Origin: an uncultured Bacteroidota bacterium
Lineage (GTDB): Bacteria; Bacteroidota; Bacteroidia; NS11-12g; UBA955
Direction: 5' to 3'
Assembly: GCA_937867025.1 (NCBI GenBank)
Contig: CALMKH010000249.1
Coordinates: forward strand, 3,600 to 67,599
DNA length: 64,000 nucleotides
Shown here: positions 9,962 through 21,436 of the stretch, one piece after another
How the letters are laid out: each line of letters begins with the position of its first letter
How positions within the stretch are numbered: position 1 is the first letter of the stretch
Made by a program: the position numbers and the translations under genes
The notes under the pieces: model-generated
Told to the model about the DNA's origin: nothing
What the model saw: only the letters and a program-made list of their open reading frames with translations
Database searches by the model: none

Positions 9962-10771
9962 TTAGTTTTGCGGAATTAATTGTGTATAAATGACAATAAA
10001 AAGTGAAAGGGAGCTGATAACAAGGGAAAAGGTCTGGGGAGTCCTGTCAATTGCCGCCGCTTTTGCCTTTGTCGGTTCAATATAAATAATGTCGTGATTC
10101 CTGAGGTTATAGATATCGCTGTTAAACACATCAATCTTGCCTAAATCTATCCTCCTGTACACCCGCTTGCCGTTCTCCTCCCTGATAAGCATCACATTCT
10201 CCCTGTTGCCGTAGATAGTAAGGTCGCCGGCCATTGCAATAAGTTCGGTGATGTTGACATGCTCATTCGGAATGGTGATCACTCCCGGTGCGTTCACCTC
10301 ACCGAGGACCGTAATCCGGAAATTGGTGATCCTTACCGACACGATCGGATCGAGCAGGAATTTTCTGCTTACCAGCTGATGGGTTATCGTATCAGCCAAG
10401 CGGTCCTTTTCAAGACCTGCGGCTTTCAGCGACCCGAGCAGGGGCAACTTGACAAAGCCAGAATCGTTCACCAGGTATCCGCTTGAAGCCGCCGATGCCG
10501 GCGCACCATCAGTTCCTGAGGCGCCACCCGAGCCGCCGCCCGACCCACTGATGATCCTGTTGGTTTCGGGATCGCTGGAATACACATTGATCTGCAGTAT
10601 ATCGTGCGGATGAACAATATTGGGGTTAGGCAACTTAATGGTCTGTGTGATGCCGCCGCTGTCCGGCACATTTTTAAAATAGCGTAGTTTCTTGCTGCTG
10701 ACGCAGGAACTAAAGACCATCATGTAGGATATAGCCAAGACGAGACAGGCAACGAGCCCTAATTGTTTCAT
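9962..10771 (-). CDS. Polysaccharide export outer-membrane lipoprotein (Wza / BexD / CtrA family, Poly_export plus SLBB)
   Basis: 269 aa. The lipoprotein signal is MKQLGLVACLVLAISYMMVFSSC. Family motifs include PHDILQINVY, GFVKLPLLGSLKAAG, ITVLGEVNAPG and DIIYIEP. Confidence 0.85.
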   Translation of the reverse strand: MKQLGLVACLVLAISYMMVFSSCVSSKKLRYFKNVPDSGGITQTIKLPNPNIVHPHDILQINVYSSDPETNRIISGSGGGSGGASGTDGAPASAASSGYLVNDSGFVKLPLLGSLKAAGLEKDRLADTITHQLVSRKFLLDPIVSVRITNFRITVLGEVNAPGVITIPNEHVNITELIAMAGDLTIYGNRENVMLIREENGKRVYRRIDLGKIDVFNSDIYNLRNHDIIYIEPTKAKAAAIDRTPQTFSLVISSLSLFIVIYTQLIPQN

Positions 10772-10996
10772 TATATGTTATTAGTTTTGTTTGTTTCTGA
10801 TCTGATGAATACGCCGGGACAGGAAAAAGTAACCATACGTTGATTGAAATTATAAATAATTTATTTTCAAACGTTTATATATTTAAAGATTAAAAAAACA
10901 GCAGATTGGTTAATATTGTGTTTACACAGCTTCGCTTACGTCAGTCCCATGTTTAATTGTGAGCTAACCAATGTTTTAGCTGCAATAATAATGAAA

Positions 10997-11521
10997 TTAT
11001 TTCATTTTACCTTTCCTGGCAACAAATGATAAGGGTAAATTAACCTCCATGATGGTGCCTAATGCGTCAATTTTTACGATAATTCTCCGCTTACCCTTGA
11101 TCAGCACGGATTGCGCCATAAGTCCAGTAAAAGGTCCCTTTACAACTACAACGTCTTCCCCATTTTCAAATATTTCATCGTTTATTTGCGAAACTTCACT
11201 TGCATCATTCATAAGTATCCTGAGGTTTTCAATCTCATGATCCTTGATCACTGCCGGCCTTGACAAGTATTTGAGTATGCCTAAAGCGCCCTTGGCCTTA
11301 AGCGCGTCATACACCCTGTCTTCTGGAATGCGTATAAAAACAAAGGTCGAAATCAGCGGAGAGCTTATTTTCTTTGTCCTGTCACTCCACTTGCGGATAC
11401 TTGTAACCAGGGGCAAATACACATTGTGTCCCATTGTTTCCAGCTGCTCATACACCTTTTTCTCGGCGTTCGGCCTTGTGTAAACAGCATACCAGTGCGT
11501 ATCTCCCTTTTGTGTGTTCAA
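10997..11521 (-). CDS. UpxY-family NusG-like transcription antiterminator
   Basis: 174 aa. It has the NGN-like HWYAVYTRPNAEKKVYEQL and the KOW-like GEDVVVVKGPFTGLMAQ. It is the first gene of the polysaccharide locus. The start is TTG (11521..11519), and no in-frame ATG precedes the conserved N-terminus. Confidence 0.8.
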   Translation of the reverse strand: MNTQKGDTHWYAVYTRPNAEKKVYEQLETMGHNVYLPLVTSIRKWSDRTKKISSPLISTFVFIRIPEDRVYDALKAKGALGILKYLSRPAVIKDHEIENLRILMNDASEVSQINDEIFENGEDVVVVKGPFTGLMAQSVLIKGKRRIIVKIDALGTIMEVNLPLSFVARKGKMK

Positions 11522-11647
11522 TAGTTGCAGTTTCAGTTTTCTGTCGCAAAAAAAGTGACGCGATATTAATTGAAAAAAGACATTTAAACAAGGTGCATTG
11601 GACGATTAATTGATATTTCTCTTCGGAATTTTTATGATTTTTCACAA

Positions 11648-12715
11648 TCAATGGAATGCCAGTTCAGCGATATACAACACATCACTGTCCTTAAAGGACG
11701 TATACAGGTACACATCATTCAGGAGCCTCAAACCGTAATTTTCACAAAAATGCTTTACATTGTCCTCATTTTCAGCATGAAACACCGAGCAGGTAACGTA
11801 ATATAAACGTCCGTCTTGTGCCAGGTTCTTAACCACATTCCTGGCAATGGTTTTTTGTAACGCCGAGAATGCAGCTATCTTTTCCGTTGTTGTGAGATTG
11901 ATTTGCTCCGGTGTTCTGCCCCAAGTACCGCTACCTGAACATGGCACATCCAGCAATATTTTATTGTATTTTTGCGGTATTTGAAACGGTTCTGTAAGAT
12001 CCGCCAGTTCTATCTTCGGCAGACCGAATCCCAATGCATGAAACCTTGATTTCAGGTTTTCAAGCACACTAAAACGCTTGTCGCTGCACGTCAGTTGGAT
12101 CCCGGGATATGTGTTTGCAAGATAAAGGGCTTTTCCGCCCGCGCCCGAACAGGCATCCCAAACCTCGTCTTTGTCGTCCACCCGGACAATTTCAGCGGCA
12201 TTTTGCGATGAAATGTCCATTATCCAAGCCCAGCCATTATCGACCAGAGCATTGCATTTGCTCTCGGCCTTTACCATTACACAATTGTCCTTTACCCACA
12301 AGGCTTCTATAGAATGCGAGTTCAGCCAGTCTGCGACCCTATCCTTTAAACCTGTTTTTACAGCCAGGTATACGGGCCGCATGTATAACAGACTTTCCGC
12401 CCAGGCATTAAAATCCAGGCGTGCCGATACCTCGCCCCTATATGGAAAAATACCCTCGGGACCGGTTTCAGACAATATGTCACCGGGTTCCTTAAGCGCC
12501 AGGGCCAGGTTCTCTTCCATTGAACCCCGGCGTATTGCGGCTCCCAGCCGGAAATAGGCATAACACGCCTGCCGGTAGGTTTTCCTGTCCTTGCTCCCCC
12601 AGTTTTTATGCATGCGGGATTGCGTTGTGAAATAGGTATTGAAAGGCTGGTCGAACCTGTAATTACTTATCAGGTCCTTGACTATTGCTGTCTGGAATGG
12701 TTTTAATACCGCCAA
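11648..12715 (-). CDS. RsmB/NOP2/Sun-family SAM-dependent RNA m5C methyltransferase (lacks the NusB-like N-domain)
   Basis: 355 aa. The SAM motif is DACSGAGGKALYLA. The catalytic Cys motifs are LDVPCSGSGTWGRTPE and YVTCSVFHAENE. Confidence 0.8.
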   Translation of the reverse strand: MAVLKPFQTAIVKDLISNYRFDQPFNTYFTTQSRMHKNWGSKDRKTYRQACYAYFRLGAAIRRGSMEENLALALKEPGDILSETGPEGIFPYRGEVSARLDFNAWAESLLYMRPVYLAVKTGLKDRVADWLNSHSIEALWVKDNCVMVKAESKCNALVDNGWAWIMDISSQNAAEIVRVDDKDEVWDACSGAGGKALYLANTYPGIQLTCSDKRFSVLENLKSRFHALGFGLPKIELADLTEPFQIPQKYNKILLDVPCSGSGTWGRTPEQINLTTTEKIAAFSALQKTIARNVVKNLAQDGRLYYVTCSVFHAENEDNVKHFCENYGLRLLNDVYLYTSFKDSDVLYIAELAFH

Positions 12716-13839
12716 AACGCCTTGTAGAATTTGTAATCCTGATAATAAAACAGATTCAAGCCCGCATTCTCTATCAGGTTTCCCCTTTGCACGAAATGAA
12801 ATGTGCGGTGCAGGTAATTGAATTCCTTATTGAGGATTTTCTTATGGAAACGACGATCGAAAGCCATCAGGGAACTGCCGAAGAACAGGAACTGATCGTA
12901 CCCTATAAAGGTGTACCTGTCAGGGTCGCCACCGTACTTGTTTCTGAAAGTCTTTCTGAATTCCTTGTAGGCTGTGTCATTGTAGGGCACACTGTAACTA
13001 TCGTAAAAATACACACCGTTGAATACATTGTAATTGACACGCTCGATATTCAGCCAGTCTGCAGGTCCGGCCACTATCCACTTTTCATGGCCGGCATTCG
13101 ATAAAGCATTGCTACAGCTGGTCGACTTATTGCCCGGATAATATATAAACAGGGAATCCTTGCCATTCCAAACTGAGGAAACAGTAACGGTCTTACCATC
13201 AATCAGTTGGCATTTCTTGCCGGACGCTGCTTCATATCCGGCCTTAAAATTCCTTGCGGCAAAAGTTCTTAGGTTCTTGGGGGCATCATCTACCACCACT
13301 ACCTGGAACTTTTTAAAGGCCTCGCTGGCATGTCTTCCGAAATAGTAATACTGGAGGCTGTCAACCGTTGTACAATTAATGAGAGGGAAATCAGCCCCGG
13401 TATGCTTAGGGTAATACCTTAAAGGCGATACAAGAGGAATATCATAAATGGCGCAGAATTTTTCAACTTCAGCCAGTTCATTATCGTATACCGGGCCTAT
13501 AAACAAGTCGGTTTTTTGCATCTCAGGATCGGCCAGCAGCCTGATCACCTCCATGCTGTCCTGCCTGGTGTCGAGTACAACCAGGTTCATCTTCATGCCT
13601 TGTTTTTCGAGTTCATCAATGGCCATTTCGACACCTTCATAATATTCAGCCATGATATCCCTTACTTTCCATTTATCACTCATTCCGAGGCAGAAAGGCA
13701 ACATCAGCACCACCCTGTATTCCTTGTCCTTGCAGAGCATACGGGTGTTATCGGTCACCACGACAGCGCCCTGGCTGTTTCCCATGCAGAAGTACAGGCA
13801 ACAGATACTAAAAGCCGCTATTTTTTTGGTTATTCCCAT
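12703..13839 (-). CDS. Periplasmic-binding-protein type I-like secreted protein or lipoprotein, function unknown
   Basis: 378 aa with an N-terminal signal-like [20 protein letters not shown]. The alternating beta-alpha pattern (RVVLMLPF..., LFIGPVYD..., VVVVDD...) is reminiscent of the Leu/Ile/Val-binding fold. It overlaps both neighbours. Confidence 0.45.
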   Translation of the reverse strand: MGITKKIAAFSICCLYFCMGNSQGAVVVTDNTRMLCKDKEYRVVLMLPFCLGMSDKWKVRDIMAEYYEGVEMAIDELEKQGMKMNLVVLDTRQDSMEVIRLLADPEMQKTDLFIGPVYDNELAEVEKFCAIYDIPLVSPLRYYPKHTGADFPLINCTTVDSLQYYYFGRHASEAFKKFQVVVVDDAPKNLRTFAARNFKAGYEAASGKKCQLIDGKTVTVSSVWNGKDSLFIYYPGNKSTSCSNALSNAGHEKWIVAGPADWLNIERVNYNVFNGVYFYDSYSVPYNDTAYKEFRKTFRNKYGGDPDRYTFIGYDQFLFFGSSLMAFDRRFHKKILNKEFNYLHRTFHFVQRGNLIENAGLNLFYYQDYKFYKAFWRY

Positions 13840-15356
13840 TCTATAGTTGCGGGAGGTTTTGAACTAATATCGTACACCACCCTGTTTATCCCTTTTACGC
13901 GATTGATGATCTTACTGCTGATTTCAGCCAGTATTTCATATGGAATGTGCACCCAGTCGGCAGTCATTCCGTCCAGTGAGGTCACAGCCCTCAGGCAGAT
14001 CACATTTTCATATGTTCTTTCATCCCCCATCACCCCGACGCTTTTCACAGGAAGGAAAATGGCGCCTGCCTGCCAGATCTTATCATACCAGCCCTTTTCC
14101 CTCAGGGTGCTGATGAATATATCATCTGCCTGCTGAAGCACATGCACTTTCTCAGGGGTGATGTCATCGATGATCCTGATGGCGAGGCCGGGACCGGGAA
14201 ACGGATGCCTTCCCAATATGTTGGCCGGTATATGCAGGGCTGCTCCCACCCTTCTTACTTCATCCTTGAAAAGCGATCTCAATGGTTCGACGATTTTTAA
14301 CTTCATTTTTTCGGGCAATCCTCCGACATTGTGATGCGACTTGATCGTGGCTGACGGACCTTTGACGGATACCGATTCAATGACGTCAGGATATATGGTA
14401 CCCTGTCCAAGCCATTTTGCACCTTCTATCTTGTGTGACTCCTGCTCAAACACCTCTACAAAAACTCTGCCAATGGCTTTGCGCTTGGCTTCGGGGTCAG
14501 AATGGCCTTTAAGGGCATTGTAAAACTGCGAAGAGGCATCCACACCTACCACGTTCAGATCCATTTCCTTATAAGCTTCAAGCACTTTGTCGAACTCATT
14601 CAATCTTAACAGCCCGTTATCAATAAAAATACAGTGCAGGTTTTTCCCAATGGCTTTATGCAACAATCCTGCCGCCACACTGCTGTCAACACCGCCCGAC
14701 AATCCCAGGATGACTTTATCATCACCCAGCTGTTGTTTCAGGTTCTCAACCGTTTCGTGAATGAAGTTATCCGGATTCCAGTCCTGGACGCATTTGCAGA
14801 TATCAATGACAAAATTCTTCAGCAGCGTGCTACCTTCTGTTGTATGTGTTACCTCCGGGTGGAATTGAATGCAATAGGTTTCAGAATCCTCCAGTTTGAA
14901 TGCAGCGTGTGCAATATTGTTAGTGCCTGCTATCAGTTCGGCACCGGAAGGAAGGGATGTAATGGTATCGGCATGACTCATCCACACCTGTGTCGGAGAA
15001 TGAAGACCATGCAATAATTTGCTTTCCTTTCGTATATCCAGCATAGCCCTTCCGTATTCACGATGTTCGCTGGGCATGACATTGCCTCCCAGCTTCTGGG
15101 CGATATACTGGGCTCCATAACACACGCCCAGCACAGGGAGTTTACCGATCATGAGCTCCAGGTCAATTTGCGGAGCCTGCGCATCTCTAACCGATGACGG
15201 GCTTCCGGATAATATGACACCTTTTACATTGCCGGTAATCTTTACCGGATGATTGAAGGGATGTATTTCACAATATACATTCAGTTCCCTGACTCTGCGG
15301 GCTATGAGTTGCGTATACTGGGAGCCAAAATCAAGAATTAATATCTGTTCCTGCAT
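13830..15356 (-). CDS. guaA: GMP synthase (glutamine-hydrolysing)
   Basis: 508 aa. The GATase domain shows [21 protein letters not shown] and VLGVCYGAQ. The PP-loop is [10 protein letters not shown]. The C-terminus ends in the typical ATIEWE. Confidence 0.97.
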   Translation of the reverse strand: MQEQILILDFGSQYTQLIARRVRELNVYCEIHPFNHPVKITGNVKGVILSGSPSSVRDAQAPQIDLELMIGKLPVLGVCYGAQYIAQKLGGNVMPSEHREYGRAMLDIRKESKLLHGLHSPTQVWMSHADTITSLPSGAELIAGTNNIAHAAFKLEDSETYCIQFHPEVTHTTEGSTLLKNFVIDICKCVQDWNPDNFIHETVENLKQQLGDDKVILGLSGGVDSSVAAGLLHKAIGKNLHCIFIDNGLLRLNEFDKVLEAYKEMDLNVVGVDASSQFYNALKGHSDPEAKRKAIGRVFVEVFEQESHKIEGAKWLGQGTIYPDVIESVSVKGPSATIKSHHNVGGLPEKMKLKIVEPLRSLFKDEVRRVGAALHIPANILGRHPFPGPGLAIRIIDDITPEKVHVLQQADDIFISTLREKGWYDKIWQAGAIFLPVKSVGVMGDERTYENVICLRAVTSLDGMTADWVHIPYEILAEISSKIINRVKGINRVVYDISSKPPATIEWE

Positions 15357-15643
15357 TGAATTTAAGAAGCCGCGAAATTACACTTTTTTTTCGACTCATT
15401 CAGGAGATTAAAAAGATAAGTCAGGATAAATTATAGCAGTATAAAAGCTTCCGGAAAAAACGGGCAGTTGATCATTTATCCCAATAATCCGGGCGCCTGT
15501 CTAGCCAGGCTTCGCTTCAGTGTGTAGCGAACTTGCCCTGCAAGAGGATGCTCATATACCTGTGAATGGCGTTTTAACCTGCAGTTCGCAACAGAAGAGC
15601 AAACGCGCACCACGGCGGCATTTTCCTTCAACCTTAAATTTCC

Positions 15644-17680
<2,037 letters not shown>

Positions 17681-17725
17681 TCAGCATTGAAAAACGGGTG
17701 ATACGATATTCGAAGATGCTTGATT

Positions 17726-18670
17726 TTATTGGGTTAGCCCATGATAGAGCAACCCTGCGATCACCTTGGCCATTTCCTTGCCTGCAGCATCCAGGTGAGG
17801 ATTCACTTCCGTAATCTCAAAAGCGCCCGTTTTAGGATGGTTCAAAAGGGTCTCAAAAACGACTTCAGCTTCATCGATTTTAAGTCCGTCAGGAGCTATG
17901 GTGCCTGTACCAATGGAAATGCCCGGATCGAGTGAATCGGCATCGAAGGACACATAAAACAGGTCACAGTTTTTTAAATGATCAATGGCCTGTGCCAGCA
18001 CTTCCTTCATTCCGAGCTGTCTTATATCCGCCGGTTCAAAGGTTTTAATGCCCATGTTCCTGATAATGTCCCATTCTTCTTTTTCTGCATCCCTGATGCC
18101 TATGAATACAAGATCCTTCAGATCGAACTTCGGGGATATTTTACCAACCCCAAGTTTCTTTAATTCTTCCCAGTAATACGCCAGGTCTTCGGACACCTCA
18201 TTGCGCCTAAGCGAGCGGTTGTCCAGTCCGCTGAGGACCGCCAGGGGCATCCCGTGCAAATTCCCCGAAGGCGTGGTGTAAGGTGAATGCAGATCGGCAT
18301 GCGCATCGATCCAGATAATGCCTATGCGCTTGTCGGGAAACGCATTCTTCAGACCGCTGAAACCACCGATGGCATTGCTGTGGTCCCCGGACAAGATAAT
18401 GGGGAATTTCTTGCGGTCGAGGAATTCCTTGACTTTATTATTCAGCCGGATTGAAGCCTCCAGGACGTCTTCGATATGCCTGCCAAAATCATGCGAAATA
18501 TGACTTGTAGTAAGATTCTGGCCGTCGAGTATCTCGAACTCATCAAATACAATACCCAGGTGCTCTGTTTCATCTTTCACGGCAAGCGGGCCGTCTGCGG
18601 CGCCCTTCTTCCCCGCACCCAAATCATACCTGGATAATATCATGACGGCTTCCTTATCTTGAACTCTCAT
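17726..18670 (-). CDS. Arginase-family metallohydrolase (arginase / formimidoylglutamase-like)
   Basis: 314 aa. The Mn-binding motifs are SGDHSNAIGG, IWIDAHADLH and VSFDADSLDP. An alternative start is Met10 (18643). Confidence 0.8.
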   Translation of the reverse strand: MRVQDKEAVMILSRYDLGAGKKGAADGPLAVKDETEHLGIVFDEFEILDGQNLTTSHISHDFGRHIEDVLEASIRLNNKVKEFLDRKKFPIILSGDHSNAIGGFSGLKNAFPDKRIGIIWIDAHADLHSPYTTPSGNLHGMPLAVLSGLDNRSLRRNEVSEDLAYYWEELKKLGVGKISPKFDLKDLVFIGIRDAEKEEWDIIRNMGIKTFEPADIRQLGMKEVLAQAIDHLKNCDLFYVSFDADSLDPGISIGTGTIAPDGLKIDEAEVVFETLLNHPKTGAFEITEVNPHLDAAGKEMAKVIAGLLYHGLTQ

Positions 18671-18805
18671 ATTGTTTTTCTCAGCGTATTTGCAAAGTGC
18701 AAGTTTTTGAACTTGCCTCCCGCAACCTTTTAATTATTAAAGATTTAAAAGAATAAATACAAGCAAAGAATTGCAAATTTACTCAAAATTATCGATTTGG
18801 CAAAA

Positions 18806-19498
18806 TCAAACCAATCCGCTGAGCATCACGGCACAATACAATCCCGCCGTTTCGGTCCTCAGCCTGCTGCTGCCCAGATGTACCGGCTGCGCGCCCTGTC
18901 TTATCATTCTTTCTATTTCGGAAGGTGAAAAGTCCCCTTCCGGGCCTATCATAATGCGTATCAATGCGTTATCTGCAAGCGGATAACAGAGTTCCCGGAG
19001 GCTTTTTTTCTCTCCTGGACCGCAATGTGCCAGCAACATACCCTTGGCTTCAACCTGTCCGAGCTTGCATATGGGATTGATCTTCGGAAGATAATATTGT
19101 CCGCTCTGCTTCAAAGCAGAAACAGCAATCCGTTCAAGCCTGCCGGTATTGACCCGTGCTTTTTCGGAATGCTCCGTTTCAATAAACGTGATTTCATCAA
19201 GACCCACTTCTATAGCCTTCTCGAACATCCATTCCATACGTTCATTCTGTTTGGTGGGCGCTATATACAGGTGGAAATAGTATGGTCGCTGGCGGGGGTA
19301 CCTGTTCCTGGCAATGATTTCAAGTTCGGCAGAATCTTTCCTTATCGAGTGTATTCGGCAGTCGATCAGCAATCCTTTGCCGTCCAGGACCTGGACCTGA
19401 TCGCCTTCTGTTTTTCTTAATACCTTGCAATGTCTGGTTTCGTCAGCATCCAGGAAAACCGTGTTTTCTTCTATATGTGCCGAAAAGAAAAGCTGCAT
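18806..19498 (-). CDS. rsmE: 16S rRNA (uracil1498-N3)-methyltransferase
   Basis: 230 aa. It has a PUA-like N-terminus (HCKVLRKTEGDQVQVLDGKG) and a SPOUT C-terminus (RIAVSALKQSGQYYLPKI, IGPEGDFSPSEI, LGSSRLRTETA). Confidence 0.9.
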   Translation of the reverse strand: MQLFFSAHIEENTVFLDADETRHCKVLRKTEGDQVQVLDGKGLLIDCRIHSIRKDSAELEIIARNRYPRQRPYYFHLYIAPTKQNERMEWMFEKAIEVGLDEITFIETEHSEKARVNTGRLERIAVSALKQSGQYYLPKINPICKLGQVEAKGMLLAHCGPGEKKSLRELCYPLADNALIRIMIGPEGDFSPSEIERMIRQGAQPVHLGSSRLRTETAGLYCAVMLSGLV

Positions 19499-19505
19499 CC
19501 GAGCC

Positions 19506-21335
19506 TTATTTTTTCTTTTTTGAAGCCGTATCCACTCCCCTGGCCTTTGCCATTTCCTCGAGGCGTTTCTGGAAGGCGGATTTCTTGTCGTCGCCTTTTT
19601 TGTTGCGGGCTTCGTGAATCTGAGCTTTCAGTTTGTCTTCATCAACAAACTTCTTGATTGCCCATTGCTGGGTAAATGTCACCACGTTGCTCAGGAAATA
19701 GTAGTATGTCAGCGCTGCGGCATATTTGTTAAAGAATCCCAGGAACAGAACCGGCATCAGGTAGCTGATATATTTCATCTGCTCATTTACCCCCGTCAGC
19801 TGGTTATTCATACGGGTGTAGATCAGTGTTGAAATGGTCATCAGCAAGGTGAACAAACTGACGTGATCACCGTAAATATAGTCAATGACCGGCAGTTTGC
19901 CGAAGGTCCATATGGAATCGTAAATGGAAAGATCGTCCGCCCACAGGAAGGATTGCTGCCTGAATTCAAATGCAGAAGGTACGAACTGGAAAACGGCGAC
20001 AAGTATTGGCATCTGCAACAGCATCGGAAGGCATCCGCCCAGCGGATTTACCCCTGCTTTCTTATACAGCTGAAGATTCTCCATCTGGACGGCCTGCATG
20101 TTATCCTTGTGCCTTTCCTTGATCTCATCCATCTCAGGCTTGAGGATACGCATTTTGGCGGTCGACTTGTATGACTTGAATACCAGAGGCAGCAGGATGG
20201 TTTTGATAATAAGGGTCAACAGCAGGATGATGATACCGTAATTGCTCAGGAAACCCTGAAGGAAATTAAATATCGGTATGATCATGAACCGGTTGATCCA
20301 GCCGAATATTCCCCATCCGAGGGGGATGATCTTATCAAGCCCAATGTTCTGTTCTTTCAGAAGTTTATATTGGTTTGGACCAAAATAGAACCTGATGTCA
20401 TACGTTCTTTCGGGTTCGCCGGCATACGGGAGATCGAGCTTTGCACTGAGATACTTGATATTGCGGGCATTCTTTGGCTCTTCGGTCTTCAGCACGCTCC
20501 CTTTTGCGAAACCGTCCTTGCTGTAAACAGCGGTGTTGAAGAACTGCTGCTTGAAGCTCACCCACTCCGTCTTGTTTTCTAGGGTCAGCGCTTCGAATTT
20601 GGTCTCGGAAATATAATCGGCCTTTTCTTCAGGATATTTAAAATAGAATGTGGTCAGGGCCTTTTCTTTTTCCAATTCACGCTCCTGCAAGGGCACATCA
20701 TTGGCCCAATGAAGGCTTATCGGGGAATTAGGCTTGATCAGACCGTTCAGCCCCACAGTCCTGATCTTGTGATCGACATTGAATCCCTCGGGCGATACGG
20801 TGTAAACGTGCTCAATATACTGGGCTGGTGAATATGACAAGCGGTAAACAACCGATTTCGCATCCTGTGAAACGAGATCCCAGTAAAAATTGTCACTCCT
20901 TATCACCTGGTCACCTGACTGGAATTCCAGGTAGTTGGGACTGTTGTTTTTATCCATCAGCAAAAGGTGAGCCCTGCTATCCGTCTTATAATTCTTAAGT
21001 TCTACCTGTTTTATCCTGCCGCCCTTATTCGTGAAAGTGATCCTGAGTTCCTTGTTTTCAGTGACAAGTTCGCTCTCCTTACCGGTCGCATGTGAAGCCA
21101 GGGTGCCATATTTAGCCTGGAGAACCGCAGTGTCCTTTAATGTGACAGAGTCGCGCTTCTGACGTTCTAGCCTGTCCGCCTCAGCTTTTTTAACAGCCGC
21201 TTCCTTGACAAGCGCTATAGAATCTGCATACCTCTTTTGGATAGCTAACTCCTTATCACTAGGCTGGTTCATATAAAAATAACCTATCAGAAGAAGGAAA
21301 ATCAGGCCAAGGCCTATCATCGAGTTGCGATCCAT
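19506..21335 (-). CDS. yidC: Membrane protein insertase YidC (long Bacteroidota form)
   Basis: Motifs: MDRNSMIGLGLIFLLL..., a large periplasmic domain, then GWGIFGWINRFMIIPIFNFL, KPEMDEIKERHKDN and NPLGGCLPMLLQMPIL. I prefer ATG 21335 over the track's TTG at 21383. Confidence 0.93.
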   Translation of the reverse strand: MDRNSMIGLGLIFLLLIGYFYMNQPSDKELAIQKRYADSIALVKEAAVKKAEADRLERQKRDSVTLKDTAVLQAKYGTLASHATGKESELVTENKELRITFTNKGGRIKQVELKNYKTDSRAHLLLMDKNNSPNYLEFQSGDQVIRSDNFYWDLVSQDAKSVVYRLSYSPAQYIEHVYTVSPEGFNVDHKIRTVGLNGLIKPNSPISLHWANDVPLQERELEKEKALTTFYFKYPEEKADYISETKFEALTLENKTEWVSFKQQFFNTAVYSKDGFAKGSVLKTEEPKNARNIKYLSAKLDLPYAGEPERTYDIRFYFGPNQYKLLKEQNIGLDKIIPLGWGIFGWINRFMIIPIFNFLQGFLSNYGIIILLLTLIIKTILLPLVFKSYKSTAKMRILKPEMDEIKERHKDNMQAVQMENLQLYKKAGVNPLGGCLPMLLQMPILVAVFQFVPSAFEFRQQSFLWADDLSIYDSIWTFGKLPVIDYIYGDHVSLFTLLMTISTLIYTRMNNQLTGVNEQMKYISYLMPVLFLGFFNKYAAALTYYYFLSNVVTFTQQWAIKKFVDEDKLKAQIHEARNKKGDDKKSAFQKRLEEMAKARGVDTASKKKK

Positions 21336-21408
21336 TGCGATATTATTTAAATTTCGGGGTGCAAAGGTATTGTTTTTAGCCAAATTTTTTAAATTAAAGA
21401 ATAATATT

Positions 21409-21416
21409 TAACTTTG
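21409..21416 (+). promoter_or_regulatory. Candidate -7 box (TAACTTTG) for the OmpA-family gene
   Basis: An exact TAnnTTTG match lies 21 nt upstream of the TTG start at 21437. Confidence 0.3.
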
Positions 21417-21436
21417 GTCTTTCGTTAAATTAAAAA

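Noticed and set aside
11522-11647. An invertible (phase-variable) promoter in front of the UpxY-led locus, as in Bacteroides capsule loci.
   Set aside because: No flanking inverted repeats of useful length were found, and no site-specific recombinase gene is nearby. The region is only 126 bp.
15357-15643. A purine or ZTP riboswitch in front of guaA.
   Set aside because: I could not find the conserved purine-aptamer loops (UAUA...GGAUAUGG...CCGUAAAU) or the ZTP GACUGGCG / CCGCCUGGGC cores on the guaA strand.
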